Shown one piece after another: positions 17,925 through 26,445 of a DNA stretch of 64,000 bases. The position numbers and the translations under genes are program-made. The DNA lies in assembly GCA_004348925.1 (NCBI GenBank), contig RCMX01000006.1, positions 666,919 to 730,918 on the forward strand. Reading direction: 5' to 3'. Numbering within the stretch: position 1 is the first letter of the stretch; each line of letters starts with the position of its first letter. The notes beneath the pieces were generated by a model, which saw nothing but the letters and a program-made list of their open reading frames with translations, made no database searches and had not been told where the DNA came from. The DNA comes from Actinomycetota bacterium. GTDB taxonomy: Bacteria; Actinomycetota; Coriobacteriia; Anaerosomatales; Anaerosomataceae.

Positions 17925-19643
17925 CTAGGGTTCTTCGGGGCGCGTGGGAGCGCCAAGTGCAAGTACCACGATCATGAGCATGAGCGCGACACCGATATGG
18001 GGGAGGAACGCCTCCGGCGTGAGCGTCGCGGGGGCGAGCCACGCCCAGCCCGCGTACCCGGCTGCCAGCGCCGCACCGCCGAGCGAGACACCGACGACGG
18101 CCATCGTGCGTGTGGCCCGCCGGCATGCGAGCGAGCACAGCGCACCGGCAAGCGCCCAGGCGAGGATCGCCATGAGCGGGCCGGGCGCCAGCAGGTCGCG
18201 CAGGTTGTTCGTCATGACGCTCGTCTGCGTCCACGGGTCGATGAAGAAGCGCCACTCCACGATCAGGAACGGCGCTCTGCCGCCTGTTGCCGCCGAGGCG
18301 GTCATGGTGGCGAGCGCGGCAAGCGCGCTCGATGCGGCAGCCGGGAGCGGCTCGAATGCGTAGCCGACCAGGAGCGGCGTCGCGAGCGCTCCGCGGGCGA
18401 CCGCGAGAGCGGGCGCCGCGGCCGGCGCGAGCGCATCGCCGCGACCGAAGCGTCCGGCGTACGCCCAGTACGCGACGGCCGGCACGAGGAAGAGCACTCC
18501 GCCGAGGACGGAGCCCTTCGCGATGATTCCGGCGCCGAACGCGAGTGCGCCGATTGCGAGCCCCAGCCCGGGTGCGAGCGCGGCGGCGAGTGCGGCCAAC
18601 CCGGCGCCGCCAAGCGCGGGGGCGAGCGGGAGGCCGAACGCAGTGAGGCCCGCCCACGCGAGCCACCCGCAGGCGGCTGCCGCGAGCGTGCGGCGTCCCG
18701 CGCTCGCGAAGCGCGCGAGGCGGTCCCAGAGGCCGAGAGGCGCGAAGCGCGCGGCACCGTCGCTGTCGTCGACGCCCACGAGCGAGGCGACGACCTCGGC
18801 AAGCGACGCCTCGCCGGCCGCCGGGTCGCCCAGGTGAGCGAGGAGGGCATTCCCGAAGTCGATCACGGATTCGTACCGCTCGGCGGGGTCGGGTGCGAGG
18901 GCGGCGAGGATGACGTCGTCGATCTGCGCCGAGAGCCCCGGCTCGAACTCGGAGGGGTCCGGTATCTCGGCGACCTCGATCTTGAAGAGCGAACCCTCGA
19001 GCGTGTCCGCGTCGAAGGGATTGGCGCCGGTGAGCATCTCGTAGGTTAGCGACGCGAGCGCCCAGCAGTCGGTGCGCGCATCGAGCGCGCCGCCGCGCAG
19101 CTGCTCGGGCGGCATGTAGCCGAGGGTGCCTGCCGTGCCCTTCGCGCGGCCGCTTGCATCCGTGAGTGCCGAGACGCCGAAGTCGGCGACTTTCACGCGC
19201 CCGTCTCGGCCGATGAGGACATTGCCGGGCTTGATGTCGAGGTGCAGTACGCCGTTGTCGTGCGCGAAGCCGATCGCACCGACCATCGCGCGGACGACCG
19301 CCGCCACCTCGTCGAGCTTGAGGGGTTCGCCGGTCTCGTCGAGTATCTCGGCAAGCGACGCGCCGTCGATGTGCTCCATGACGAGGAACGCCTCGTCGGA
19401 GTCGGTGTCCCACTCATGGACGATGACGATCGCGGGGTGGTTGAGGAGGGCGGCCGTGCGGGCCTCGGCAAGTCCGGCCTTCTCGAGCGGGCGTCCGGCG
19501 CGGTCGAGGGGGAGCGGAAGCCGCTTGATGGCCACACGGCGCGCCATGCGGGTGTCGAAGGCGAGCACGACGTCGCCGTGACCTCCGCTGCCGAGGTCGG
19601 CGAGCGGCCGGTAGCGGTCGAGGATGAGCGGCTGTTCTTCCAC
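17925..19643 (-). CDS. Ser/Thr protein kinase with polytopic Ala/Gly-rich C-terminal membrane domain
   Basis: Kinase motifs GSGGHGDV, AIK, HLDIKPGN, DFG, APE. About 280-aa C-terminal region with multiple TM helices and no PASTA. Confidence 0.8.
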   Translation of the reverse strand: MEEQPLILDRYRPLADLGSGGHGDVVLAFDTRMARRVAIKRLPLPLDRAGRPLEKAGLAEARTAALLNHPAIVIVHEWDTDSDEAFLVMEHIDGASLAEILDETGEPLKLDEVAAVVRAMVGAIGFAHDNGVLHLDIKPGNVLIGRDGRVKVADFGVSALTDASGRAKGTAGTLGYMPPEQLRGGALDARTDCWALASLTYEMLTGANPFDADTLEGSLFKIEVAEIPDPSEFEPGLSAQIDDVILAALAPDPAERYESVIDFGNALLAHLGDPAAGEASLAEVVASLVGVDDSDGAARFAPLGLWDRLARFASAGRRTLAAAACGWLAWAGLTAFGLPLAPALGGAGLAALAAALAPGLGLAIGALAFGAGIIAKGSVLGGVLFLVPAVAYWAYAGRFGRGDALAPAAAPALAVARGALATPLLVGYAFEPLPAAASSALAALATMTASAATGGRAPFLIVEWRFFIDPWTQTSVMTNNLRDLLAPGPLMAILAWALAGALCSLACRRATRTMAVVGVSLGGAALAAGYAGWAWLAPATLTPEAFLPHIGVALMLMIVVLALGAPTRPEEP

Positions 19644-19738
19644 GGGCGTCCTTCGTCGCGTGTCCGACGCGATTGTAGCGCGTCGGGGGCGGCGTCTGCG
19701 CCCGCCACATCATTGCGCTACACTCGAATCCGGAAGGG

Positions 19739-21487
19739 GTGCGAACGACTCAGGTGGAATTCCCTGTACGCAAACAGTTGCTTGGCTACGCCGAGGCGAC
19801 CCGTCAGGGGACGGGCGTCTTCTGGTTACGGCTCAAGAAGTGGTTCCTTGCCGCCTCGATCGTGGGCGTGCTTGTCGGCCTTGCCGTCACCGCGGTGCAT
19901 TGGGTGGTGTACGAGGTTCTCTGGGGCGCTGTCTCGCAGTACGCGATGACCCCCTGGGGAACGTTGATCTTCCCGATTATCGGCCTCGGACTCTCCGGTT
20001 TCATCCTTCAGAAGTTCACCAGGAACCCCGATCTCCACGGTACCGAGGAAGTCATCGAGGTCTTTCACCACCACCGCGGCGTGTTCGACTACCGCTCGGC
20101 TCCTGCGAAGGTCATGGCGGCCGTCGCGACGCTCGGCCTCGGCGGTAGCGCGGGCCTCGAAGGTCCGAGCATCTACATAGGTGGCGTGGTCGGCTCCTTC
20201 GTGATGCGCAAGAGCAGGCGTCTCGGCTTCGACGAGAACGACGTGCGGACGCTCATGATCGCCGGCAGCGCAGCAGGTGTCGCGGCGATCTTCAAGGCGC
20301 CGCTCACCGGTATCGTGTTCGCGCTTGAAGTCCCGTACATGGACGACATGACCCGAGAAGCGCTGATCCCGTCGCTCGTGGCGAGTGTCTCAGCGTATCT
20401 GGTGCTGGTCGCGTTCCTCGGCGTCTCACCGCTGTTCTACGTCGCGCAGCGATACACGATGGAGACGAGCGACCTCGCCTGGGCGGTCGTGCTCGGCGTG
20501 GTCGTCGGAGTGCTCGCTCGCATCTTCATCGCATCGTTCAAGGCGGCGCAGCGGCTCGCGGCCCGCAGCGGGTTGCAGCTGTGGATGCGCACCGCGATCG
20601 GCGGGCTGGTCGTCGGGCTGCTCGGCCTTGTGGGGCACCTGCTCTATGGCAAGCCTCTGGTGCTCGGTACCGGCTACGACCTGGTACAGGGGCTTGTCGG
20701 TGGCGGGTTCTCCACCAGCGAGGCATTCTGGCTGCTCATCCTCAAGACGGGTGCGATCGTGGCGACGCTTGGCGCTGGCGCCGCAGGTGGTGTGTTCATC
20801 CCGATGATCGTGCTGGGCGCCTCGGCGGGTTCGCTCCTCGGCGGGCTGCTGCCTGCGGGTACGCCGGTCGCGCTCTTCCCGGTCGTGGGCATGGCGGCGT
20901 TCCTTGCTGCCGGGTACAACACGCCGATCGCCGCCGCTGCGTTCATCGCCGAGTCGACCGGTGGGTCGGGCTACATCATCCCCGGCCTTGTCGGCGCTGC
21001 CGTGGCGTACGCTGTCGCGGGTAGGACTTCGATCTCATCAAACCAGCGCTGGCGGCGCGAGTCGCGGCTCGATCGCATGCTCGGTATCCGCGTGAGCGAC
21101 ATCATGACCCGCGACGTCATCGGCGTACCCGCAGATATCACGCTTCGCGACTTCGTGAGCGACTACGTGGTGCGTCTGCGTCACAAGTCGTTCCCGGTGA
21201 TGGACGGCAAGCACCTCATCGGGATTATCGGTCTCTCGGATGTGAACAGGTTCACCGCCGAGGAGCGCGGGTCCGTGCTCGTGTCGGAGGTGATGGCGCG
21301 CGATGTCGCGACGGCGTTACCGGGTGATACGGTCCGACGCGTGGTCGAGCTCATGACCGAAGGTGATTTCGACCGCGTGCCGATCCTGGAGTCGGAAGAC
21401 TCTGATCGGGTCGTGGGCGTGGTGTCGTCCACAGACATCGTTACCCTTGACAGCATCCTCGAGCCGGCGCAGGGGGCGAACGCGTAG
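19739..21487 (+). CDS. ClC-family chloride channel/H+-Cl- antiporter with C-terminal CBS pair
   Basis: ClC selectivity motifs GSAGLEGP, GIVFALEVP, GYNTP. Two CBS domains at the C-terminus. Confidence 0.85.
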   Translation: MRTTQVEFPVRKQLLGYAEATRQGTGVFWLRLKKWFLAASIVGVLVGLAVTAVHWVVYEVLWGAVSQYAMTPWGTLIFPIIGLGLSGFILQKFTRNPDLHGTEEVIEVFHHHRGVFDYRSAPAKVMAAVATLGLGGSAGLEGPSIYIGGVVGSFVMRKSRRLGFDENDVRTLMIAGSAAGVAAIFKAPLTGIVFALEVPYMDDMTREALIPSLVASVSAYLVLVAFLGVSPLFYVAQRYTMETSDLAWAVVLGVVVGVLARIFIASFKAAQRLAARSGLQLWMRTAIGGLVVGLLGLVGHLLYGKPLVLGTGYDLVQGLVGGGFSTSEAFWLLILKTGAIVATLGAGAAGGVFIPMIVLGASAGSLLGGLLPAGTPVALFPVVGMAAFLAAGYNTPIAAAAFIAESTGGSGYIIPGLVGAAVAYAVAGRTSISSNQRWRRESRLDRMLGIRVSDIMTRDVIGVPADITLRDFVSDYVVRLRHKSFPVMDGKHLIGIIGLSDVNRFTAEERGSVLVSEVMARDVATALPGDTVRRVVELMTEGDFDRVPILESEDSDRVVGVVSSTDIVTLDSILEPAQGANA

Positions 21488-21544
21488 CGGCACTGTGTGT
21501 TCTCGGCTAGAGTCGAGGCGATGTTCCCCGAGGGGAGGAGCGAA

Positions 21545-21754
21545 ATGCCGTACACGTACAAGGTCCTGCCATTCACGGTCGCGCCGCAGCAACGCATGAC
21601 GCGTTTCGAGAACCTCAACCTTGCGGCCGCCGAGCTCGAGCGAGTGGTCAACGAGCACGCCGCGGTGGGATGGGAGTTCCAGGGCGTCGAGCAGGTGCAA
21701 CTCAGCGATTTCCAGACGCACTTCGACGTGCTGGTCTTTCGCGCCGAGCGATAG
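21545..21754 (+). CDS. small conserved protein (DUF4177-like)
   Basis: ATG preceded by GGGGAGGAG. 69 aa. The longer upstream extension in the ORF track lacks an RBS. Confidence 0.5.
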   Translation: MPYTYKVLPFTVAPQQRMTRFENLNLAAAELERVVNEHAAVGWEFQGVEQVQLSDFQTHFDVLVFRAER

Positions 21755-21836
21755 CGTTCAGGCGCTGCCGGAGTCTCGTCAACCTCGGAGTTTCCCCGGC
21801 AACCGCGCGTGTGCTACCATTCGTTCTCGCGCACAC

Positions 21837-21922
21837 GCGGGTGTGGCGGAATGGCAGACGCGCATGGTTCAGGTCCATGTGGGGGCAACCCCGTGAAGGT
21901 TCAACTCCTTTCACCCGCACCA
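21837..21922 (+). tRNA. tRNA-Leu (anticodon CAG)
   Basis: Manual fold. Anticodon stem-loop CATGG-TTCAGGT-CCATG. Long variable arm. T-arm GGTTCAACTCC. Encoded CCA. Confidence 0.8.
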
Positions 21923-21933
21923 CAGACACAAGA

Positions 21934-21964
21934 ACGGCCCCGGGATTCTATCCGGGGCCGTTTT
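21934..21964. terminator. bidirectional intrinsic terminator hairpin between tRNA-Leu and the convergent secreted-protein gene
   Basis: 10-bp perfect stem ACGGCCCCGG/CCGGGGCCGT with an 8-nt loop, followed by TTTT on the plus strand. Confidence 0.6.
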
Positions 21965-21993
21965 GCATGTAGGTGCTGGCGTTCTGTGACTCC

Positions 21994-22557
21994 CTACGGG
22001 GCTGGAAGCACGACCCCGTCGATGACGGGAGGCGGTTCGACGGTGCCGGTCGGCTCAACCGTTGCGGTGGGTTCGACGGTGCTCGTGGGCTCCTCGGCGG
22101 GAGGGATGACCGGTGTGCCGGGCATCGTTGAAGGATCGACGCCGAGCCACCCTGCGAACTTCAGCCACACGCGCAGCAGACCGGGCGGTACCTGAAGCTT
22201 CGTGCCTGCCTCGATCTTGGCGAGCGCCTTCTCGATGTTCGCCGTGATGCGTGTGAACGCGTTGGTGACGCCTGGACCTGGAGCATCCGTCGCAACGTCC
22301 GACTCCGGGAGTTTGGCGTCCCCGGTTCCGTCCGCGCCTTGCTTCACACCGCGTGTCTTCTGGTTGGCCTTCCGCTGCTCGGGGGTCGCTTCACGCTTGG
22401 CAACTCCCTTCGCTTTGCCCTTGCTCTCCGCGCTAGCCGCGGTCGTCTTGCGGTTGCCGGTTGGCTTGTCGTTGCCCTTGCCTGCGAAGGCGAGTGCCGG
22501 GAACGCGAGTGCCGCGATGAGCGCGATTGTGAGGACGGCGATGATAGAGCGCTTCAT
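21994..22557 (-). CDS. secreted protein with Thr/Val/Glu/Pro tandem repeats (hypothetical)
   Basis: Signal peptide MKRSIIAVLTIALIAALAFPALAFA. C-terminal EPT(S/A/G)TV repeats. Confidence 0.5.
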   Translation of the reverse strand: MKRSIIAVLTIALIAALAFPALAFAGKGNDKPTGNRKTTAASAESKGKAKGVAKREATPEQRKANQKTRGVKQGADGTGDAKLPESDVATDAPGPGVTNAFTRITANIEKALAKIEAGTKLQVPPGLLRVWLKFAGWLGVDPSTMPGTPVIPPAEEPTSTVEPTATVEPTGTVEPPPVIDGVVLPAP

Positions 22558-22787
22558 CTGTACTCCTTTCGATGAGTTGCTCTTCTCTCTTCGTCACATG
22601 TACCAGCATCGGTGAGTACCCAAACGACGAACGCACGGGGAGGCGTCAGTTTCGTGCTTGAACGCGCGGTCGGCAGATGGTCGAGTGTGTGCTGCGGCAC
22701 ACGCCGGTCATCCGGTCGCAACATCGGCTAGACGCCCGCTGCAGCCACGACAGCGACGCGGGTCGCGGTTCCTCTCGTGTGACGGCC

Positions 22788-24092
22788 TCAGGCGGCGGTG
22801 CGCTTCTTGCGGCTGAAGTTGAGCTTCATCGTGAGCAGGCGATCCGAGCTGAAGATCCGTCCCGCGACCACCACGAGCACCGCGAACCACGCGAGCTCGT
22901 AGAGAGAACCACCCACGACCGCCCCCGTGTTGCCGAGGAAGAGGTTGGGCGCGGCGAGGAATGCATGCGAGAAGGGAATCGCGAGCACCAGGGTGCGGGC
23001 GAGCGGAGCGAGCGAGTTGATGTCGATGAACAGCGACAGGAAGTACGGCACCATCAGGAGCACCATGAGCGGCGCGAGGAGCGACTGCACCGCCTTCACG
23101 TTCTCGGCAAACGCGCCCAGAATGAGCGCGAAGGCGAGCGCCACGAGGATCGCACCGAACATCGACAGGCCAAGCAGCGCGTAGTCGCCGACACCGAGCG
23201 TGAGGCCGAGGCTCTCGGCGAACGCCTGCGATGCTGCCTGCGCAGCTTCGCCCTCGGCACCGCCGAGGCCCTTCATCAGGCCGTCCATGTAGAAGCGCAT
23301 ACCCACCATGTAGCCAGCTGCCGACAGGAGCGCCACAAGGCCGGCGGCGACCATCTTTGCGGTGACGATGCCGGGGCGTGAGATCGGCATGGCGAGCAGC
23401 GTCTCGAGCGTCTTGTTCTCCTTCTCGGTGGCGATTGCGACGGCTACCATCTGCGCCGCAAAGATCACGACGATGAATAGGACGATCGGCACGAACGTCG
23501 TCTGGCTCGTGATGAAGCCCATCACGACGTCGGGACTCACGTCGGCCTGCCTGTCGCCGATCCGGACGTGGTCGCGGACCTGGAGTGGACTCTCAAGAAA
23601 CGCGGGGTCGAGGTCGGGCGCGCTGCCGGCCACGGTGTCCCTCGCGACGGTCTGTTCTACTGCAGCCAGCGCTGCCGAGAGAGCACTGCTGTCCTGACCG
23701 GCCATGAACGAGAAGGTGCGGATGACCGAGTAGACGTCGACAGGCGCAGGTTCCCCCGCTGCGAGTGATTCGCCGTACCCTTTCGGCACCACGAGCAGGA
23801 TCGTGCCGCCGCTGTCGGCTAGCTCGTCGGTCGCGCCCTTCGGGTCGGTGGAAGCCACGCGGTCGATCTTGAAGCCCGCCTGCTCCACCGCTCCCTGGAG
23901 CGAGGCGGACGCCGCGCTCTTGTCGAGGTCGAGCAGCGCGAGCCGACGGTTCGCCTGCGCTTCCGTGCCCTGTGATCCGACGATGTTGCCGATGAACATG
24001 AACATGACGACCGTGATCGCGAACGGGAGTAGGATCTGCGGCGTGACGAGCTCTTTGATCTCCTTGCGGAGCAGCACCCAGAAGCGTCTCAT
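22788..24092 (-). CDS. ABC-2 type exporter permease
   Basis: N-terminal TM segment, large extracytoplasmic loop and a C-terminal 5-TM bundle. ATGA overlap with the ATPase. Confidence 0.75.
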   Translation of the reverse strand: MRRFWVLLRKEIKELVTPQILLPFAITVVMFMFIGNIVGSQGTEAQANRRLALLDLDKSAASASLQGAVEQAGFKIDRVASTDPKGATDELADSGGTILLVVPKGYGESLAAGEPAPVDVYSVIRTFSFMAGQDSSALSAALAAVEQTVARDTVAGSAPDLDPAFLESPLQVRDHVRIGDRQADVSPDVVMGFITSQTTFVPIVLFIVVIFAAQMVAVAIATEKENKTLETLLAMPISRPGIVTAKMVAAGLVALLSAAGYMVGMRFYMDGLMKGLGGAEGEAAQAASQAFAESLGLTLGVGDYALLGLSMFGAILVALAFALILGAFAENVKAVQSLLAPLMVLLMVPYFLSLFIDINSLAPLARTLVLAIPFSHAFLAAPNLFLGNTGAVVGGSLYELAWFAVLVVVAGRIFSSDRLLTMKLNFSRKKRTAA

Positions 24093-24817
24093 CGGGCCAC
24101 CTCCGCGAAGACTTCCTCAAGGTTCTGCGCCGAGTACCGTGCTTTCAGCTCTGCCGGGGTACCCGTCGCGTGGATGACTCCCTTGTTGATGATGGCGACC
24201 CTGTCCGAGAGGTACTCGATCTCGAGCATGTTGTGGCTTGAAAGCAATACCGCCATGCCCTGACGGGTGAACTCCTTCACGGTGTCGCGGATGTCGAGCG
24301 CTCCAAGAACATCCAGGCCGCTGGTGGGCTCGTCCAGGATCGCGAGCTTCGGTCTTGTCATGATCGACCGCGCTAGTAGCAGCTTGCGGGTCATGCCCTT
24401 GCTGTACGTTCCAAGCTTGTCATCGAGGCGATCTCCAAGCCCGGATATCTCCCTGGCAGCCTTGACGCTTTCCGCCTGGTCGGCCTGGCGCTCGAAGAAT
24501 ACCTCGGCCATGAACTTGAGGTAGTCGTTACCTTTCATGCTCTTGTAGGCTCCGGCTTCTTCGGGCAGGTAGCTCAGTCGTTCGCGAGCCTTTGCGGGCT
24601 CCTTCACCACGTCGACACCGTCGAGCGTGATGGCGCCGGAAGTCGGTTGCAGGATCGTTGCGACCATCCGAAGCGTCGTGGTCTTGCCCGCCCCGTTCGG
24701 GCCGATAAGCGCGAAGACCTCGCCCGCCTCTACGCTGAAGTCGATCCCCTTGACCGCCTCAAGCTGTCCGTATCGCTTACGCAGGTCTTTGACTTGAAGA
24801 ATGTCGCCCACACGCAT
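24089..24817 (-). CDS. ABC transporter ATP-binding protein
   Basis: Walker A GPNGAGKTT, signature YSKGMTRKL and Walker B AILDEP. Start set at the ATG preceded by GGGAGGGG. Confidence 0.85.
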   Translation of the reverse strand: MRVGDILQVKDLRKRYGQLEAVKGIDFSVEAGEVFALIGPNGAGKTTTLRMVATILQPTSGAITLDGVDVVKEPAKARERLSYLPEEAGAYKSMKGNDYLKFMAEVFFERQADQAESVKAAREISGLGDRLDDKLGTYSKGMTRKLLLARSIMTRPKLAILDEPTSGLDVLGALDIRDTVKEFTRQGMAVLLSSHNMLEIEYLSDRVAIINKGVIHATGTPAELKARYSAQNLEEVFAEVAR

Positions 24818-24903
24818 CCCCTCCCAGGAGCTGACCGACACAATTGAACCACAAAGCAACAGAGGCGACCTGGGTCGCCTCTGTCCGCACGAGTCATATG
24901 AGC

Positions 24904-25731
24904 CTACTCGGCCGGTGGTGCCTCGTCGCGCTTCTTGGCCGACAGCCGCTTGAGCCCGACTCCGGTCGCAGCTGCTGCTGACGCGAGCGCCACGAGCAGG
25001 GCCGCGTCTCCGCCCGTGAACGGCAGGAACGGATCGCTCGTCTCCGTGTAGGGCAGGAATGGGTCACCGGGGTCGCTCGGATCGCCAGGGTCACCAGGGT
25101 CGCCAGGGTCACCAGGATCGCCAGGGTCACCGGGGTCACCGGGATCGCCAGGGTCACCAGGGTCGCCCGGGTCGCCCGGGTCACCGGGATCCCCAGGATC
25201 ACCGGGGTCGCCCGGGTCGCCCGGGTCGCCGGGATCCCCAGGATCCCCAGGATCCCCGGGATCGCCCGGGTCACCTGGGTTCTCGGGATCCTCCGGCGGC
25301 GTGGGCGCATCCTTGAACGCCACGTGGCTGAGCACCAGGTTGTTGAAGCTTTCAGAGGCGACCAGCGCCGACCCGCCCGTCAGGGTGTCATGGCCGGGAG
25401 TGCCCACGTAGAAGTGTTGCGTTTGGCCCGCATTCCGCGCCGTCACCGTCTTCGTGCCGGCCCCGGCGAAGGTGACCGTCAACGTCGCAGCCGGGGTGTT
25501 CTTCGCGAGCCCGTTCAGTACGAAATGCCAGGCAACCGCCGAGGATAGCCCCCCGTCATCTGCGCTGCGCGTGAACGTCTCGCTGCTCGCACCGACGTGA
25601 GCGGACTTGAGCGGGGCGGTGATTGCGGCGAATGCGGTTGTCGCGTATACGCAGAACACCGCTGCGATCACCGCCGAGGCCAAGACACGCCGTATCCGTG
25701 AGTGCCTGCTGCCCGGCGAGAGAAGTTTCAC
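24904..25731 (-). CDS. LPxTG cell-wall-anchored surface protein with collagen-like (Gly-Asp-Pro)n repeat
   Basis: Signal peptide. About 30 consecutive GDP triplets. C-terminal LPFTG, then a hydrophobic stretch and a KKRDE tail typical of sortase substrates. Confidence 0.8.
   Translation of the reverse strand: MKLLSPGSRHSRIRRVLASAVIAAVFCVYATTAFAAITAPLKSAHVGASSETFTRSADDGGLSSAVAWHFVLNGLAKNTPAATLTVTFAGAGTKTVTARNAGQTQHFYVGTPGHDTLTGGSALVASESFNNLVLSHVAFKDAPTPPEDPENPGDPGDPGDPGDPGDPGDPGDPGDPGDPGDPGDPGDPGDPGDPGDPGDPGDPGDPGDPGDPGDPGDPSDPGDPFLPYTETSDPFLPFTGGDAALLVALASAAAATGVGLKRLSAKKRDEAPPAE
25060..25300. repeat. 9-bp tandem coding repeat (gggtcacc[a/g] / ggatcgcca variants) encoding (PGD)n
   Basis: Directly visible near-perfect 9-nt periodicity across about 240 bp inside the surface-protein gene. 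Confidence 0.85.
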
Positions 25732-25919
25732 AGCGACCTCCGCTCTAAGTGTGATGTGCGTCACCAATATCCGATGAACGCGCGTAATGCGCAAGCCTTT
25801 GAAGATGGCTCGCCGGTGGAGGGCGGTGTGAGGTGGGCGAGCGGGTGTCAGATACTGGTGAACGAACCGACGCTGCACGGGTATACAGACACAAGGTTGG
25901 GCGCCGAAAGGGGTCATTC

Positions 25920-26327
25920 ATGTCGCCACTCAAGCTCGTCGCGCTCTACGTCATCACGATCGTCGTCTTCCTCGGTATCGACTTCGTCTGGCTGTCTACC
26001 ATGGGCGACCGCTTCTACCGCAGGCAACTCGGCGACCTGATGCGGCCCACTCCGGATCTCACCGTCGCGCTCGTCTTCTACCTTGTGTACGTGATCGGGG
26101 CACTCGCGTTGGTCGTGCTTCCCGCAGTCGAAAAGGGGTCGCTCGCACAGGCGGTTCTCGGCGGAGCGCTTCTCGGCCTTGTCGCGTACGGGACGTACGA
26201 CATCACCAATCTCTCCACGATCGTTGGATGGCCGCGGATCGTGGCAGTCGTCGATCTCATCTGGGGCACCACGCTCACCGCGGTCGTATCGACCGTCGGC
26301 TATTTCGTCGCGCGTTGGCTGGGGTGA
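25920..26327 (+). CDS. small integral membrane protein (4 TM, hypothetical)
   Basis: ATG start. Hydrophobic helices. Confidence 0.5.
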   Translation: MSPLKLVALYVITIVVFLGIDFVWLSTMGDRFYRRQLGDLMRPTPDLTVALVFYLVYVIGALALVVLPAVEKGSLAQAVLGGALLGLVAYGTYDITNLSTIVGWPRIVAVVDLIWGTTLTAVVSTVGYFVARWLG

Positions 26328-26445
26328 GGCCGGCCGCACATCTCCGCTGACGGAGGCGCGCCTGACACCGGCGCCATCTCCGCGCGCCAGAATGTCGTTG
26401 GTTCCGTGTACACTCGTGTTCGTCGAAGCGACGCGCACATCATGA

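Noticed and set aside
25060-25300. 9-bp tandem repeat array considered as CRISPR/VNTR-type non-coding repeat
   Set aside because: Unit too short and no spacers. It is in-frame and encodes the (GDP)n collagen-like segment of an LPxTG protein.
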